This document shows positions 41,820 to 52,248 of a DNA stretch of 64,000 nucleotides, piece by piece (the stretch's first letter is position 1; every line of letters starts with the position of its first letter). Below the pieces are notes generated by a model, which had not been told where the DNA came from, did no database searches, and saw only the letters and a program-made list of their open reading frames with translations. Source of the stretch: Candidatus Nezhaarchaeales archaeon (GTDB lineage Archaea > Thermoproteota > Methanomethylicia > Nezhaarchaeales > WYZ-LMO8); contig JAWAKK010000002.1 of assembly GCA_038887515.1 (NCBI GenBank), positions 192,001 through 256,000 of the forward strand, in the 5' to 3' direction. The translations under genes were made by a program, and so were the position numbers.

Positions 41820-44261
41820 ATGAAGGATCTAGGGAAGTTTAGCCCTAAGAGTTATGAGCCGAAGTGGATGGAGTATTGGGAGGAAAAAGGGGTTTACCGT
41901 TTTGATAGGTCGCTAATTGGAGTTAAGCCTGTCTACGTTATCGACACCCCTCCACCCTACCCTAGTGGGGAGTTTCACGTTGGCAACTCGTTAAATTGGT
42001 GCTATATGGATTTCGTAGCGAGATACAAGCGGATGCAAGGATATAACGTCTTCTTCCCGCAAGGTTGGGACTGCCATGGTCTTCCAACTGAAGTTAGGGC
42101 TGAACGCGCGTTAGGAATTAGGAAGAGGGATGTCGACCCGAAGAGGTTTAAAGAGATATGTGCAAAGCTAACGGATGACTGGATAAAGCCCATGAGAGAG
42201 GCCATTAGGCGTTTAGGCTACTCCGTTGACTGGAGCTTGGAGTACAAGACTATGGATCCGAGCTACTGGAGAAAGACTCAACTATCCTTCGTTCTACTGT
42301 ACGAGAAGGGATTGATATACAGAGGAGAGCACCCTGTTAACTGGTGTCCTCGCTGCGAGACGGCTATAGCTGAAGCGGAGATAGAGTACGTCGAAAGGAG
42401 CACTACGCTAAACTACATAGCCTTTGAAGTTGAAGGAAGCGATCCAATAGTCATAGCTACAACTAGACCCGAGCTCCTATCTTCATGTGTCGCAGTTTTC
42501 GTTAACCCCGCAGACGTCAGGTACAAGGGCTATGTAGGTCTCAAGGCTAGGGTGCCACTATTCAATAGGCTCGTGCCAATAATGGTTGACGACGCAGTCG
42601 ATATGACTTTTGGATCTGGCGCCGTTATGGTTTGCACTTATGGAGACAAGACCGACGTAAAGTGGCAAAAGCGCTACAACCTCCCAGTGATAACGTCAAT
42701 AACTGACGATGGGAGGATGAACGAAAACGCTGGGCCCTATATTGGGCTAAGCGTAGAGGAAGCGCGAAGAAGGATAATTAAGGATCTAGCCGATAAGGGT
42801 CTTATAATTAAGCAAGAGCAGGTCGCACAGCACGTAGGAACCTGTTGGCGTTGCCATACTCCAATAGAAATTCTACCGCGTTTCCAATGGTTCATGAAAA
42901 CTTCTTCTTTAAAAGAAGTAGTTATAGAAAAAGCTAACGAGATAAAGTGGATACCCCAATACGCGAAGCAGAGGCTCATAGATTGGGTCGAATCAACCGA
43001 GTGGGATTGGGTTATATCGAGGCAAAGGATCTTTGCAACGCCCATACCGGCTTGGTACTGCAAGAAGTGCGGTCACATCATAGTATCGAAGCCTGAATGG
43101 CTTCCAGTGGATCCTAGAGAACAACAACCTCCACTGGATGGTTGTCCTAAGTGTGGTTCGCGCGAATTCGTAGGCGAGAGCGACGTAATGGATACTTGGA
43201 TGGATTCTTCGATAACGTGCGCTGTCATTGCAGGTTGGCCAGACGATATGGAATTGTTCAGCAAGCTATACCCTAACGATCTCCAGCCGAACGGTTACGA
43301 CATAATAAGGACATGGGACTACTACTTATTGGTCAGGCATTTAGCCTTGTTTGGTGAAGTTCCGTACAAGGTAGCCTTAATCAACGGCATGGTTCGTGGA
43401 ACCGATGGAAGGATGATGCATAAGTCCTATGGCAACTACATAGAAGTCAAAGAGGTGATCGAGAAGTACTGTGCAGATGCTCTAAGGCAGTGGGCTGCCA
43501 GTGGTTCCACGGGTTACGACATAAGGTTCAGGTGGGAGGACGTCGACTATGCATGGCGTTTTCTAATAAAGTTGTGGAATGCTTCGCGCTTCATAATTAC
43601 AAATACGGCTGACTACGACTATTCTAAGCCAAGCGAGCTAAAGCTCCTAGACATTTGGCTCTTAACTAAACTTAGAAAAACCGTAGAGCAAGTCACGAAG
43701 GCTATGGAGGAGATGTGCTTCAACGAGGCCCTCGATGCAATTAGAAACTTCGTTTGGCACATCTTCTGCGATCACTACATAGAGGCCGTCAAGTACAGGC
43801 TTTACGGGCAAAGTACGCTTGAAAGCAAGATATCGGCCCAATATACCCTCACAAAATCCCTATACGTAACGTTGAGGCTTCTAGCACCCTTCTGTCCATT
43901 CATAACCGAGGAGTTGTATCACGCCGCCTTTAAGGATAAGGTGGGGGTTGATAGCATCCACTTGACCCCATGGCCTTCAAGTTCGGAGTGCGAGTTCGAT
44001 GAGGGGCTTGAGGCTAAAGGAGACGTCGTAGTAGCCACTATAGCAGCCGTCAGGAGACTTAAGATAAAGAACAGGCTATCCCCAGGCCACCCCCTAAAGA
44101 CTTTATGGATAGCTCCTTCCTCTAGGAGCGAAGCGATAAAGCTAGGGGTTGAGGACATAGGGGGTACATGCCGAGCGCAGGAACTCTTGATGGCTGATAA
44201 CTTAGAAGACGGCGTTCCAGTAGACGAGTATCCGGAGGTAAGGTTCAAGTTTGAAGTTTAG
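41820..44261 (+). CDS. valS: Valine--tRNA ligase
   Basis: DTPPPYPSG.FHVGN, GWDCHGLPTE, WVISRQR, MMHKSYGN. Confidence 0.95.
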   Translation: MKDLGKFSPKSYEPKWMEYWEEKGVYRFDRSLIGVKPVYVIDTPPPYPSGEFHVGNSLNWCYMDFVARYKRMQGYNVFFPQGWDCHGLPTEVRAERALGIRKRDVDPKRFKEICAKLTDDWIKPMREAIRRLGYSVDWSLEYKTMDPSYWRKTQLSFVLLYEKGLIYRGEHPVNWCPRCETAIAEAEIEYVERSTTLNYIAFEVEGSDPIVIATTRPELLSSCVAVFVNPADVRYKGYVGLKARVPLFNRLVPIMVDDAVDMTFGSGAVMVCTYGDKTDVKWQKRYNLPVITSITDDGRMNENAGPYIGLSVEEARRRIIKDLADKGLIIKQEQVAQHVGTCWRCHTPIEILPRFQWFMKTSSLKEVVIEKANEIKWIPQYAKQRLIDWVESTEWDWVISRQRIFATPIPAWYCKKCGHIIVSKPEWLPVDPREQQPPLDGCPKCGSREFVGESDVMDTWMDSSITCAVIAGWPDDMELFSKLYPNDLQPNGYDIIRTWDYYLLVRHLALFGEVPYKVALINGMVRGTDGRMMHKSYGNYIEVKEVIEKYCADALRQWAASGSTGYDIRFRWEDVDYAWRFLIKLWNASRFIITNTADYDYSKPSELKLLDIWLLTKLRKTVEQVTKAMEEMCFNEALDAIRNFVWHIFCDHYIEAVKYRLYGQSTLESKISAQYTLTKSLYVTLRLLAPFCPFITEELYHAAFKDKVGVDSIHLTPWPSSSECEFDEGLEAKGDVVVATIAAVRRLKIKNRLSPGHPLKTLWIAPSSRSEAIKLGVEDIGGTCRAQELLMADNLEDGVPVDEYPEVRFKFEV

Positions 44262-44266
44262 GGAAG

Positions 44267-45505
44267 GTGGTATCGATAAGTATAGACAAGGTGAGGCTGG
44301 AGCGGCTAGTCAAGGAGTTGAAGTCCAAAAAGGGTAGGGGGACGGAGCTAATATCACTGTATATACCCGCAGGTAGACCACTTGGAGAAGTAACCTCGGC
44401 ACTAAGAGAGGAGCTATCGACGGCCGCTAACATAAAAGATAGGACTACAAGGCACCACGTACTCGACGCTCTCACAGTAACCCTTCAGAGACTTAAGATG
44501 TTTACTTCAACTCCGAAGAACGGTTTAGTTATCTTCGCAGGTTACATCCCTAAAGGCGCTCCGGGAAGCGAGAAGATGGAGGTCTACGTTTTAGAGCCTC
44601 CAGAGCCCATAAACACGTACCTTTACAGATGCGACTCACGCTTTCACACGGAGATCCTAGAAGAGATGCTGGAAGAGAAGGGTAGCTACGGCATCATAGT
44701 AATCGATAGGAGTAGCGCAACCTTCGCCTTACTTACCGGAAAGAGATTAAAGATACTCGACGAGATAACTTCAGGCGTACCTGGGAAGCATAGCGCTGGA
44801 GGCCAGTCGGCTAGGAGGTTTGAGAGGGTAATAGAGATTATGGCCCACGAGTTCTATAAGAGGGCTGGAGAGTACGCTCAGAAGCTGTTCTCTGAAGTCA
44901 AAGACCTCAAAGGAATTATCTTAGGAGGGCCGGGCCCTACGAAGAACGACTTCTACGATGGCGACTACCTGCCTTACGACATAAAAAGGATGGTCGTAGG
45001 GATAGTCGATGTCGGATACACGGGGGAAGAGGGGGTCTATGAGGTCATAGAAAGAGCTCAGAGTCTTCTCGAGGGGGTAAGGTACGTCCACGAGAAACAA
45101 GTCATCCAGAAATTCCTAGAATACTTGGCTAAGAGGAGCGACCTCGTCGCTTACGGCTATAGAGAAGTATACAGGTTCTTAAGGCAAGGCATCGTCGACA
45201 CCCTAATAATATCCGAGGAAGCCCCCCTTACGTATTTAAAGGCCCAGTGTAGCAATTGCGGATGGGCTAGGGAGGAACTCGCTAGGGAGGAGGACCTAGA
45301 GGCATTTAAGTTGGAGAATGCTAAGTGCCCCGTATGCGGTCAACAGACGAGCGTAGAGCAGGGAGACGCTATAGAACACCTAGTGGAGGTCTCCAAGACC
45401 TTCAACACCAAGTGCGAAATAATTTCTACTGGAACCGAGGAGGGAAAAGGTTTCTTAGAGTCCTTTAAGGGTATAGCGGCTATACTTAGGTACGTCCCCC
45501 AATAG
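44267..45505 (+). CDS. prf1: Peptide chain release factor aRF1
   Basis: GRGTELISLYIP, NIKD, YRCDSRF, GGQS. Confidence 0.97.
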   Translation: MVSISIDKVRLERLVKELKSKKGRGTELISLYIPAGRPLGEVTSALREELSTAANIKDRTTRHHVLDALTVTLQRLKMFTSTPKNGLVIFAGYIPKGAPGSEKMEVYVLEPPEPINTYLYRCDSRFHTEILEEMLEEKGSYGIIVIDRSSATFALLTGKRLKILDEITSGVPGKHSAGGQSARRFERVIEIMAHEFYKRAGEYAQKLFSEVKDLKGIILGGPGPTKNDFYDGDYLPYDIKRMVVGIVDVGYTGEEGVYEVIERAQSLLEGVRYVHEKQVIQKFLEYLAKRSDLVAYGYREVYRFLRQGIVDTLIISEEAPLTYLKAQCSNCGWAREELAREEDLEAFKLENAKCPVCGQQTSVEQGDAIEHLVEVSKTFNTKCEIISTGTEEGKGFLESFKGIAAILRYVPQ

Positions 45506-45560
45506 CTTACTCCCTTACGTTCGAAAGCTTATTTTAAAGCAACTTCCCTTACCTTTAGTT

Positions 45561-46253
45561 ATGGGGTCTCGCGAGAACTACGTAGTGAAGCTTGGAGGGC
45601 ACGTCTTAATAGATGAATGTGGCCTACCAAGAAGCGAGGTTTTGTCGAAGTTCATAGGCATCGTTGAAAGCCTTTGGGTCGAAGGCGTACGGGTACATAC
45701 CGTCGTTGGAGGAGGGAAGACGGCTAGGCTATACATAGAAGCGCTCGCCGCCCTAGGCGCACCAAAGACTTTTCGTGACATGGTGGGGATAGAGGTAGCG
45801 AAGCTAAACGCTAAGCTTCTCACCTATGCCTTGGGGAGCAGGGGGGTAAAGGCCCTCTTCATAGATTCCCTCTCTTTGGTCAGCAAAGGTGAAGAACATC
45901 TATACGTACTAGGGGGTATAAGCCCAGCGCAATCAACTACGGCCGTAGCAGCGCTACTGGCAGAAGCCTTATGCGCTTCAAAACTCGTGGTGGCAACGGA
46001 TGTTAACGGTCTCTACACTGATGATCCGAAGAGGAACCCAGAAGCCATACTTCTAAAGAAGGTTAAGCTTAAGGACGCTATAGGCTTTCTTAAACCGGCT
46101 TCGGAGCCCGGAAGCTACGAACTCCTCGACTCCGTAGCCCTTCAAGTGATAGAGAGGTCGAAGATACCTACGCAAATAGTCAACGGTTTAGACCCTCGAA
46201 ACATAGAAAAAGCCATTAAAGGGGAAGAGGTAGGTACACTAATTGTTCCTTAG
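45561..46253 (+). CDS. pyrH: Uridylate kinase
   Basis: VVKLGG, VGGGKTARLYI, QSTTAVAALLAE, TDVNGLYTDDP. Confidence 0.92.
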   Translation: MGSRENYVVKLGGHVLIDECGLPRSEVLSKFIGIVESLWVEGVRVHTVVGGGKTARLYIEALAALGAPKTFRDMVGIEVAKLNAKLLTYALGSRGVKALFIDSLSLVSKGEEHLYVLGGISPAQSTTAVAALLAEALCASKLVVATDVNGLYTDDPKRNPEAILLKKVKLKDAIGFLKPASEPGSYELLDSVALQVIERSKIPTQIVNGLDPRNIEKAIKGEEVGTLIVP

Positions 46254-46593
46254 GCCCTCAATAACTAAGTTAGGCGACAGTCGAAAGTAACGATACCCAA
46301 TAAACGAGGGTCCCCACAAAAGCTCTTCAAGGCTTAGTTTACTATAACGCCTTTTCGTTTATCAACGAGCCTAAGACAACACTTCAAACTAAAAGAGGCT
46401 GTAGAAAGATTCTTTCGATTTAAACATGCATAAAAATGTAGTTTTACTTAAAAAATTTGGAAATCTAAGTTTTATAAGTGAAAAAGTGGATTTTTTGACG
46501 AAATAGATTTTGAAAAACTACGAAATTGTCGAAAAACTCTTGAACACAAACTTGGTTTCTCTAACACCTTAACTTCAACATCATAGAATAACA

Positions 46594-46600
46594 TTTATAA
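46594..46600 (+). promoter_or_regulatory. TATA box upstream of Cren7-like gene
   Basis: TTTATAA ~36 nt before ATG; GGTGA RBS at ~46624. Confidence 0.55.
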
Positions 46601-46635
46601 CTAATATCATCCATCATAATGATGGTGAAGAGGAT

Positions 46636-46776
46636 ATGCCCAAGTGCCCGAAGTGTGGAGCTGAAGTTGCTACTCCAACGAAGACTTGGACCCTAGCACC
46701 AAAAGGAAGGAAGCCCGTAACTATAGGCCTATTTAAGTGCCCCAACGGCCACTTCTTCAGGGCAGGCGTCAAATAA
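46636..46776 (+). CDS. Cren7-family chromatin protein, Zn-ribbon variant (46 aa)
   Basis: Manual translation [46 protein letters not shown]; W.LAPKGRK.V.IGLFK is the Cren7 signature. Confidence 0.88.
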   Translation: MPKCPKCGAEVATPTKTWTLAPKGRKPVTIGLFKCPNGHFFRAGVK

Positions 46777-46796
46777 GACGGCCTTTGAGACCCTCC

Positions 46797-46816
46797 CTTT
46801 ATTTTTTGCCTTTTCA
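46797..46816 (+). terminator. Oligo-T terminator-like tract after Cren7-like gene
   Basis: CTTTATTTTTTGCCTTTTC. Confidence 0.5.
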
Positions 46817-46958
46817 AGTTTAAGCGCCTTTTCTTCGGAACCCTCTTTGAATCATAGAAGTCAGTTCCTTCTCCGGCGGAACTCATATAAGAAATTGCGG
46901 TAAGAACACACCCCAAACCTCCAGACGTCAAATTACGGAGGCGGCAAGGGATTAGGCT

Positions 46959-48809
46959 ATGGAGGGCAGTAGAGAAGAAGTTGTATTGATGTTGGGGAAC
47001 GAGGCAATAGCTAGAGGAGCTATTGAGGGAGACGTCAAGGTGGCTACGGCATACCCAGGTACTCCTTCGACGGAGATAGTTGAGACCCTTGCCTCCCTAG
47101 CTAAGAGCTACGACCTATACGTAGAGTGGAGCGTTAACGAGAAGGTAGCGTTCGAGGTCGCATTAGCAGCTTCGTACTGCGGATTAAGGTCTCTTACAGC
47201 CATGAAGCACGTAGGCTTAAACGTGGCCTCCGATGCACTTTTCTCCTCGGCCTATACGGGTGTCAGGGGCGGCTTCGTTATAGTATCGGCCGACGACCCG
47301 AGCTGCCATAGCTCTCAAAACGAACAGGACAACAGGATCTACGGAGTCCACGCTTACTTGCCTGTAGTCGAGCCAAGTTCCCCCCAAGAAGCAAAGGACA
47401 TGACTATATACGCCCTTGAGGTGTCTGAGAGGTATGGAGCCCCCATTATCTTAAGGACTACAACGAGACTAAGCCACGCGAGGGGTCCGGTGAAGCTAGG
47501 TCCTGTAAATAGGTCGAAGAAGACTGGCTCATTCGAAAAGAACCCTGAAAAGTACGTCTGCCTTCCAGCTAACGCTAGACGTATGAGGCTAGAGGCCATA
47601 AAAAGACTGAAGGATATCGAGGAGGAATTCAATAGGTCTAAGTTCAACGTCACAGAAGGGAACTCAAAATTAGGGATAATAGCTTGTGGTCTAGCTTACG
47701 CTCACGTACTTGAAGCCCTCGATAACTTAAACTTAAGCTGTAGGCCCTCAATCCTGAAGCTCTCTACAATACATCCGCTCCCCAAAGCTCTCATCAAAGC
47801 CTTCTTAGACGGCAAGGAGAAGGTCCTCGTAGTCGAAGAACTTGAACCCCTAGTGGAGCTACAAGTCAAGGCCCTGTGCCACGACTTGAAGCTGAACGTT
47901 GAAGTTCATGGAAAAGACTTCATCCCACTTGCTGGAGAGTTAACGCCTTCAAGGGTCCTGAAGGGAGTAGCATCTTTCCTAGGCCTGGACTTCGAGTTGC
48001 TGGACTTCAAGCCAAAGCTTCAGCCGCCGCCAAGGCCTCCAATACTCTGCGCTGGCTGTCCCCATAGGAACACCTTCTACGCCATAAAGATAGCAGCTAA
48101 GAGGGCGGGGGTCGAGGCAGTGTACCCAAGCGACATCGGTTGCTACACGTTGGGCTACTACCCGCCCTTCGAGCTTGTAGACACGACGATCTGTATGGGA
48201 GCCGGCGTGGGCTTATCATGCGGCTTCGCAAAATTCGCTGGTAAGGTTGTGATAGCGACCGTAGGTGAATCGACTTTCTACCACGCTTGCATACCAGCCC
48301 TTATAAACGCGGTACACAACCCTTCAAGCTTCGTGCTGGTAGTCCTCGATAACAACCTTACTGCAATGACCGGCGGCCAACCTAGCCCGGCTACGGGCGT
48401 AAACGCAATGGGCCGGCAAGTAAAGTTGGTACGTCCAGAGGATTTAGCTAGGGCTTGTGGAGTCGAGTTCTGTAAGACCGTGGATCCGTACGACGTCGAC
48501 TCGACGATATCCAGCATAGTTGAAGCCATAGAGTACGTTAAGAAGGGCCTAGGACCGGCAGTGGTGGTCGCTAGGAGGATGTGCTCCCTAGCCCTCCTTA
48601 GGGAGCATAGGCTTGGGAAGGTAAGGCTGGAGAAGAGGGCGGTAGACCAAGACAAGTGTAGGGGCTGCTACGCCTGCATAAAACTTGTAGGTTGCCCAGC
48701 CTTGGTCCCAAGGGACTGGAAGGTCGTAATAGACGATGCCACCTGTACCGGGTGCGGGCTATGCGAACGCGCTTGTCCATATAGAGCTATTGTGGCGGTG
48801 AAACAGTGA
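46959..48809 (+). CDS. iorA: Indolepyruvate:ferredoxin oxidoreductase alpha
   Basis: GNEAIARG, YPGTPSTE, MKHVGLNVA, SSQNEQD, CAGCPHR, two ferredoxin motifs. Confidence 0.95.
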   Translation: MEGSREEVVLMLGNEAIARGAIEGDVKVATAYPGTPSTEIVETLASLAKSYDLYVEWSVNEKVAFEVALAASYCGLRSLTAMKHVGLNVASDALFSSAYTGVRGGFVIVSADDPSCHSSQNEQDNRIYGVHAYLPVVEPSSPQEAKDMTIYALEVSERYGAPIILRTTTRLSHARGPVKLGPVNRSKKTGSFEKNPEKYVCLPANARRMRLEAIKRLKDIEEEFNRSKFNVTEGNSKLGIIACGLAYAHVLEALDNLNLSCRPSILKLSTIHPLPKALIKAFLDGKEKVLVVEELEPLVELQVKALCHDLKLNVEVHGKDFIPLAGELTPSRVLKGVASFLGLDFELLDFKPKLQPPPRPPILCAGCPHRNTFYAIKIAAKRAGVEAVYPSDIGCYTLGYYPPFELVDTTICMGAGVGLSCGFAKFAGKVVIATVGESTFYHACIPALINAVHNPSSFVLVVLDNNLTAMTGGQPSPATGVNAMGRQVKLVRPEDLARACGVEFCKTVDPYDVDSTISSIVEAIEYVKKGLGPAVVVARRMCSLALLREHRLGKVRLEKRAVDQDKCRGCYACIKLVGCPALVPRDWKVVIDDATCTGCGLCERACPYRAIVAVKQ

Positions 48810-49405
48810 AGCGGGTCGACGTGGTCATCTCGGGTATAGGAGGCCAGGGAGTTCTAACGTTGACGTCGCTACTTGGAAGAGCTGCCATACTCGAAGGATA
48901 TGACGTGAAGATCTCAGAGGTTCACGGTATGGCTCAGAGAGGTGGCGCAGTCGTGTGTCACGTGAAGATCGGGAAAATCGTGAACTCGCCACTAGTAATG
49001 GAAGGCTCAGCCGACGTACTGCTATCCCTCGAGCTGTCCGAGACGATTAGGGCTCTCAACTTCTTGAAGCCTAGGGGCGTTGTGGTTATGAGTAAGAGCG
49101 CTTTCCCACCACCTCTATCAACGATAATGGGCTATCGATACCCGAGCTTGGAGGAGGTAATCGAGGAACTTAGGGGGGTTGCAGGGGAGGTGTACGTGGT
49201 GGATGCCCATGAAATCGCTAGGAACATTGGCGCACCGCTATCAGCAAACATAGTGTTGTTGGGTGCTGCTTGGGCTACTGGCAGGTTAATGTTGAGCGGA
49301 TCCTCGATCTTGAAGGCAATAAACTCTGCGTTTAAGAAAGAGGTAGCGGAGATGAACGTAAAGACGTTCGAAGAAGGAGTGAGGATAGTTAGGAAGCTAC
49401 TCTAG
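48806..49405 (+). CDS. iorB: Indolepyruvate:ferredoxin oxidoreductase beta
   Basis: GIGGQG, SEVHGMAQRGG. Confidence 0.95.
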   Translation: MKRVDVVISGIGGQGVLTLTSLLGRAAILEGYDVKISEVHGMAQRGGAVVCHVKIGKIVNSPLVMEGSADVLLSLELSETIRALNFLKPRGVVVMSKSAFPPPLSTIMGYRYPSLEEVIEELRGVAGEVYVVDAHEIARNIGAPLSANIVLLGAAWATGRLMLSGSSILKAINSAFKKEVAEMNVKTFEEGVRIVRKLL

Positions 49406-50320
49406 GGCTATTGCGATGATTAAATCCCTCTCGGTTATAATACCCTTAAGCTCTCCACCTTCAACGACTAGTAGGCCCCCCCTACCGCTCTTCCTCATGA
49501 TGCTAGCCGCTTCCCCTATATCCTTGTCCGAAGTTATCGTATCGACCTCTTTAGCCATAATCTCTCCAACCTCGACGCTTAGGACGTCCCTTACGTCGCC
49601 CGACTTAACGTAGTCGAACGCTCTACCGGAGCCCAGGAACCTTACTACGTCCATAGCTACGAGGATCCCCTTCAATTCACTCCTTTCAACAACCGGTAGT
49701 CTCCTGAAGCCATTTGAGACCATGGTTCTTAGCGCGTCGTAGAGAGTAGCGCTGGGGCTTATGGTGACCACGTCGCAACTCATGACTTCTCCGATGGTCT
49801 TCCCAGCAATCTTGTCAGCTAGGTGGTTTACCACGTCCTTCTCGGTTATAATGCCATAGACTCTTTCGTCACCGGTCACTATCGGCACCGCGCCGACATT
49901 GTACTTAACCATCTTTAAGAGCACGTCCACGAAAGTCTCGTCGACGTAAGCCTTCACGACGTCAATCGTCATTATTGGCTCGAGCACTTCGTTGAATGCG
50001 CTGTAAAGATTGTAGCCGTGCCTATTTACAACAAGGTTAAACTTCTCTCCCCCGCCAAAGTAGTCCATGAAGTCCATGGACGTGACTATGCCCATGAGCT
50101 TACCGGTCGTTGAAGCTATCGGCAACCTCCTAAAGCCGCGGGCCGTCATGACCTTAAGGGCATCTATGACCTTCATCGTCGGGGTGGCAGTTACAACAGG
50201 CCTTCGAGCGATAGCTCCGACTTCTCCAGGTTTCTCGTAGACTCTAGATGAAAAGTTAGGGGTACCATCAATCCTAAGGAACCTAGGTTCTCTCCTTTTA
50301 GCTCTAACCTTAAAGTTCAT
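49397..50320 (-). CDS. Four-CBS-domain protein
   Basis: Repeated GFRRLP/GIITE.D CBS motifs. Confidence 0.9.
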   Translation of the reverse strand: MNFKVRAKRREPRFLRIDGTPNFSSRVYEKPGEVGAIARRPVVTATPTMKVIDALKVMTARGFRRLPIASTTGKLMGIVTSMDFMDYFGGGEKFNLVVNRHGYNLYSAFNEVLEPIMTIDVVKAYVDETFVDVLLKMVKYNVGAVPIVTGDERVYGIITEKDVVNHLADKIAGKTIGEVMSCDVVTISPSATLYDALRTMVSNGFRRLPVVERSELKGILVAMDVVRFLGSGRAFDYVKSGDVRDVLSVEVGEIMAKEVDTITSDKDIGEAASIMRKSGRGGLLVVEGGELKGIITERDLIIAIALE

Positions 50321-50425
50321 GTAAATAGTTAGGCTAACTCTACAAATAAATCTTGCATAAGCCTATTTTACAGCGTTCAAACGTTAGAAAAAATGAAGGT
50401 CGCGTGCCCATTTTAGCTTAGCACC

Positions 50426-51382
50426 CTACTCGTACTCTATGGTTGCAGGAGGCTTATCAGTAATGTCGTAGAGGACCCTTGTAACTTCAGGTATTTCCGT
50501 TAGTACCCTATCTCTGACCTTCTCAAGCTTACTCCAATCCAGCTTCACGTACTTGGCGGTAAGCGCATCCTTCGAATCGACGATCCTTAAAGCGATTATG
50601 TAACCGTACTTCCTCGCACCATTAGGCGTAACGCCAGTCGCTCTTCCTTCGAGTAGTACCGGGAAGGCTTGAAAGCACTCTACATCCTTAAACTCCTCGT
50701 CGACTATTGCGGTCGCTCTCTTAATTACTGCAAGCTTATCCTCAGTTACTTCGCCCAACACTCTTATCGAGAGGCCGGGCCCCGGGAACGGTTTGCGCCT
50801 AACTATCTCGTCGGGTAGCCCAAGAGCTTTAGCGACCAATCTAACCTGGTCCTTATAGAGATTTTTGATCGGTTCGAGGATTCTAAAGCCGTACCTCGTA
50901 AGGGGGTCTATGCCTATCTGTTCGAGGACGTTGTGCTGGGTCTTAACTCCAGCCATAGTTTCAACGACGTCGGCGGCTATGGTTCCCTGCAAGATTACTT
51001 TGACGTTGAGTTCCTTAGCGATCCTAGAGAAGGTCCTATAAAAGGTCTCTCGAAATCGCTTCCTCTTCTCCTCAGCGTCGCCAATACCCCTCAATGCATT
51101 GATGAACTCTTTAGAGACGTCGAAGACTTGGACTTCAAGCCCGAGCTCCCTGAAAACGCTCTTAACCCTATCCGCTTCGCCCAGCCTCATGAACCCGTCC
51201 TCTAAGAACACGGCCTTCAACCTATCGCCAATAGCTCTGAAGCCTAGAAGGGCGGTTACAGAACTATCTACGCCGCCTGAAAGGGCTACTACAGCTCTCT
51301 CTCCACCTATCTCCCTTCTGAGCCACTCAATCCTCTCCTTAATGAAGGACTCCGGGTTAAAGCTGCTCGACATATAAAACAC
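50426..51382 (-). CDS. guaA: GMP synthase subunit B (ATP pyrophosphatase)
   Basis: ALSGGVDSS, QGTIAAD, KTQHNV, PFPGPGL, KPPATIEYE. Confidence 0.95.
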   Translation of the reverse strand: MFYMSSSFNPESFIKERIEWLRREIGGERAVVALSGGVDSSVTALLGFRAIGDRLKAVFLEDGFMRLGEADRVKSVFRELGLEVQVFDVSKEFINALRGIGDAEEKRKRFRETFYRTFSRIAKELNVKVILQGTIAADVVETMAGVKTQHNVLEQIGIDPLTRYGFRILEPIKNLYKDQVRLVAKALGLPDEIVRRKPFPGPGLSIRVLGEVTEDKLAVIKRATAIVDEEFKDVECFQAFPVLLEGRATGVTPNGARKYGYIIALRIVDSKDALTAKYVKLDWSKLEKVRDRVLTEIPEVTRVLYDITDKPPATIEYE

Positions 51383-51587
51383 CTAGCATTGAATACTGAA
51401 AACAAGGATAACTATTCAAGGGGTATGCTAAAAACTTTACTAAATCCTAGGTCCTAGAACCTCCTCTGGAATTGTCGACCAGTAGGAGCCGTAAAGACTG
51501 AAAGTTCCGCGTCTATTAGGGTTCGATCTTTTAAGCTGAGCTACCTCTAAGATTTTTGAGGGACGAATTTTCCTGGAGGCGTGAGGC

Positions 51588-51998
51588 TTGAAGGTCTACT
51601 TCGAGGAGTTAAGCCTATCGACTTCAAAGAGGGTTGAGCTGGTCAACATAACCGAGATGGTTGAAGAAGTGGTGGAAAGAAGTGGAGTAAAGAATGGTCT
51701 ATGCTTAGTCTATGCTCCACACGCTACAGCAGCTGTAATGGCGAACGAGGATGAGCCTGGCTTGAAGCAGGACATAGTTAAATGGCTTGAACTAGAATTT
51801 CCTAGGGACGGAGGTTGGAGGCACAACGCTATAGACGATAACGCTTCAGCGCACTTAGCATCAGCCTTCTCGTCATCTTACAGGTTATTCCCGGTAAGGG
51901 ATGGAGAGCTAGTTAGAGGTACATGGCAGTCGATTTTCCTACTAGAGATGGATGGCCCCAGGAGACGTAAAGTCTTAGTCGAAGTGATGGGCGAGTAG
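51588..51998 (+). CDS. YjbQ/UPF0047 family protein
   Basis: HATAA..NE, DNASAHL, GTWQSIF..E.DGPR. Confidence 0.92.
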   Translation: MKVYFEELSLSTSKRVELVNITEMVEEVVERSGVKNGLCLVYAPHATAAVMANEDEPGLKQDIVKWLELEFPRDGGWRHNAIDDNASAHLASAFSSSYRLFPVRDGELVRGTWQSIFLLEMDGPRRRKVLVEVMGE

Positions 51999-52248
51999 AG
52001 CCAGTAGAACCTCTAAACTTTCTAAGAGGCGCGGCTGAAGCTCAGGAGCTTTTCAATAGCCGTTGAAAGGGCAACGTAGAAGCTGGAAAACAAAGAATGG
52101 AGAGGTTCTCGAGCAAAAACGGAACATCGAGGCTTTATGCTGATAGAGAGTTCTAAAAAATCGAGCATTAGTTTAAGTTCAGAACGCTTAAAACCTTCCA
52201 CTCTAGAACCCTAGATTCAGCAACCTAGGTTTAACGTTAGGTGATAGT

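Noticed and set aside
46254-46635. Replication origin
   Set aside because: AT-rich, but no recognisable ORB repeats and no adjacent cdc6/orc1.
51400-52248. Recurring TAGAACC/GGTTCT words around yjbQ as a MITE or IS ends
   Set aside because: Too short and irregular, with no target duplication or transposase.
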